DNA of 64,000 nt from Camelus dromedarius (lineage: Eukaryota), in contig NC_087437.1 in the NCBI RefSeq assembly GCF_036321535.1, forward strand, positions 70,992,001 through 71,056,000, in the 5' to 3' direction. How positions within the stretch are numbered: position 1 is the first letter of the stretch; each line of letters begins with the position of its first letter. The notes under the pieces were generated by a model. It was not told the DNA's origin, ran no database searches, and worked only from the letters and a program-made list of their open reading frames with translations. Shown here piece by piece: positions 62,111 to 64,000 of this stretch. The position numbers and the translations under genes were made by a program.

Positions 62111-63699
62111 GTGAGTTTTTTGTTCCTTGTGCATTCCCTGATGTCACTCAGTGTCACTCAGTTGGCAGATGGGATGGTCTAGAGGGTCCAAAATAGCTTC
62201 AGTCACCTGTCTGGTGCTAGGTGGGGATGGCTGGAAGGCTGAGCTCAGCTGTGCCTGTTGACTGAAGAGCCGTCACACGACTTCTCCATCGTGGCCATCT
62301 GGGGGTTGTCAGATTTTTTTACATGGAGGCTGGTGCCTCCAGAGAACTAGACATGACCTTTAATGATCTAGCCTCAAAAGTTGCATAGCACCTCCACTGC
62401 CATGCTCTGTTGGTCAAAGCAGTCACAAACCCGCCCAGATTCAAGAAGAGGGGACGTGGAACCTACTTCTCAAAGGAAAGATTCTCAAAGACTTTGGGGC
62501 CCTTTTTAAAACTGCTGCAAGCTGTTTATAGTTCAGTCATATCACTCACAAGATTGCCTACTGCTCAGTCACCTTGACCCAGATGAAAAGAGCTTGATAA
62601 ACCCTACAGTTATTCTCAGGTCCCTGGGTTCCTCTCTGCTTCTTGGGGGCTGTGATGCAGGTTTATAAAAACCAAATGGTCCCTTTCAGGACACCTGACT
62701 CCATCAGTCATTCAGATTCTTTCCTAGGGGGTCCAAACACACCACCTTTGTTGTTGTGGGTCCTTCTTCACTAGCTTGGCTGCTGCTTCTGGTCACAGGG
62801 AGTCCTGACTTCCCCAGTTTCTATCCCCACCCCGTCTTTTCATTGAGTTTGGAAGGCATTTTGTCATCCCCTCTGTTTTCCTTTTTGAGCTATTTTACTG
62901 GGCTGAGACCCCTCACTCCCACACCTCAGCTGCCATTCTGTATCTTGCATACCACTCTCCCTGCTCCCATCTCGGGCTCTTCTTTTTATTTTAAAAATTG
63001 GAAAATGGGCTTATGTGACCCAGATGGGGCAGGCCTGCCTGAAACCTATTTGCTGAAGAGACTGGAAAGCCCAGGAGAGAGAAGACAGCACAAGGCACTG
63101 ACAGGCTGACTTCCGAACAAAGCCTCGGCTCTCAGAATCTCTGTGGTTGTCAGATTCTGAGTGGCCCATGTCACTTGGATCCATCCTAGCTCCCAGCCCT
63201 TAGACATGGTCTGGATCCTGGATTCTGATGATAGGTGGGGCTTTCAAATAAAAAATTAAAGATCTATTCCCTTCCCTACTTTAAGGCCCACTTATAACTG
63301 AGTTTATCACTAAGAAAGGAAATATTTCTCCCCTTTTCCACAGCATATCCTGCGAGATGCCTGTTTTCACTGGCATAGAGTCCATGTGAACCCTCTTCCC
63401 AGGCTTGGGCCTCCAAGAAATCGCTAGCGAAGAATGTTCCAGGGGCAGGAAGCTTACCCCAACAGATGGGGGCAAAGGGGAGTGAGATTTGAATTATTAT
63501 GTTAATGAGCCCCCATTGGTATCTACAGAGGAGGCCTGGGAAACTCAGATTAAAAAGAGAAAAGTCATTGCTTTGCTCCTTGCCCTGGATTTGCCCTCTT
63601 TGTCCATGCCCTGGGCAGGCAAAGCATCTTCTGGCCCAGTGCTATTTCCTTGCGTATTACCAGCAAGCCATTTCCACGAGGCAAGTCAAGGAGGTGTCA

Positions 63700-63845
63700 C
63701 AGACCCTGCCACTTCTAAGTCTTATAACCTCATGCACTAGGAATTGTCTGAACTAAGTTTCTTCATCAGTAAATTGTGAGTTATCCCACTCATTAACCTC
63801 CACGGGCTGTGTTAAGAACCAAAATGCTTAAATGAGTTAAAATGA
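63700..63845 (-). mobile_element. MIR SINE fragment
   Basis: TCTGAACTAAGTTTCTTCATCAGTAAA...ACCTCCACGGGCTGTGTTAAGA. Confidence 0.55.
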
Positions 63846-64000
63846 ATAGAATCACAGAATAAATACAAGCATTCTATCTCATGTCTTTGAGTATCTTCTT
63901 TGCGACTTCAAAGGGCATGGAGCGATTTTAACAGCAACTTCACTTCTACCTGTCTGTCTCTCTCTCCCGCCACACTGTAGAATGTAGGGCCAGTGTCTTT

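Larger units (their letters stand above)
61225..62520 (-). mobile_element. Old MaLR LTR (MLT1H-like), split by a younger MLT1
   Basis: ACCACCCAAAACCTCAGGGACTTCAAACAGCAGCCATT... resumes after 62115 ...TCTGTTGGTCAAAGCAGTCACAAACCCGCCCAGATTCAAG. Confidence 0.65.

Overview
Mammalian genomic DNA. A tRNA-derived SINE resembling camelid Vic-1 and artiodactyl-type L1 3' ends suggest a camelid; this is inference. The window holds two convergent genes. On + are the last intron and last coding exon of ZBTB20 (2532-2953, C2H2 zinc fingers, ending ...HMRMHVSDG*), followed by a probable ~24 kb 3' UTR to ~27.2 kb that looks nearly free of transposons and contains the mir-568 hairpin. On - is the complete four-exon TIGIT gene (47490 to 33680, ~242 aa: signal peptide, IgV, TM, ITT-like and ITIM motifs). 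The rest is dense in repeats (L1, L2, MIR, MER DNA transposons, MaLR/ERV LTRs). I see no new multi-gene system. The best leads are: loss of the expected AG acceptor of TIGIT exon 4 (TGG in its place); a 67-codon open in-frame extension upstream of the TIGIT ATG; an intron-3 read-through ORF with a nearby AATAAA; retroposon insertions next to two TIGIT acceptors; a TSD-flanked internal L1 ORF2 fragment; and a three-level nest of LTRs. Repeat family names and cross-species comparisons are from memory, not database searches.
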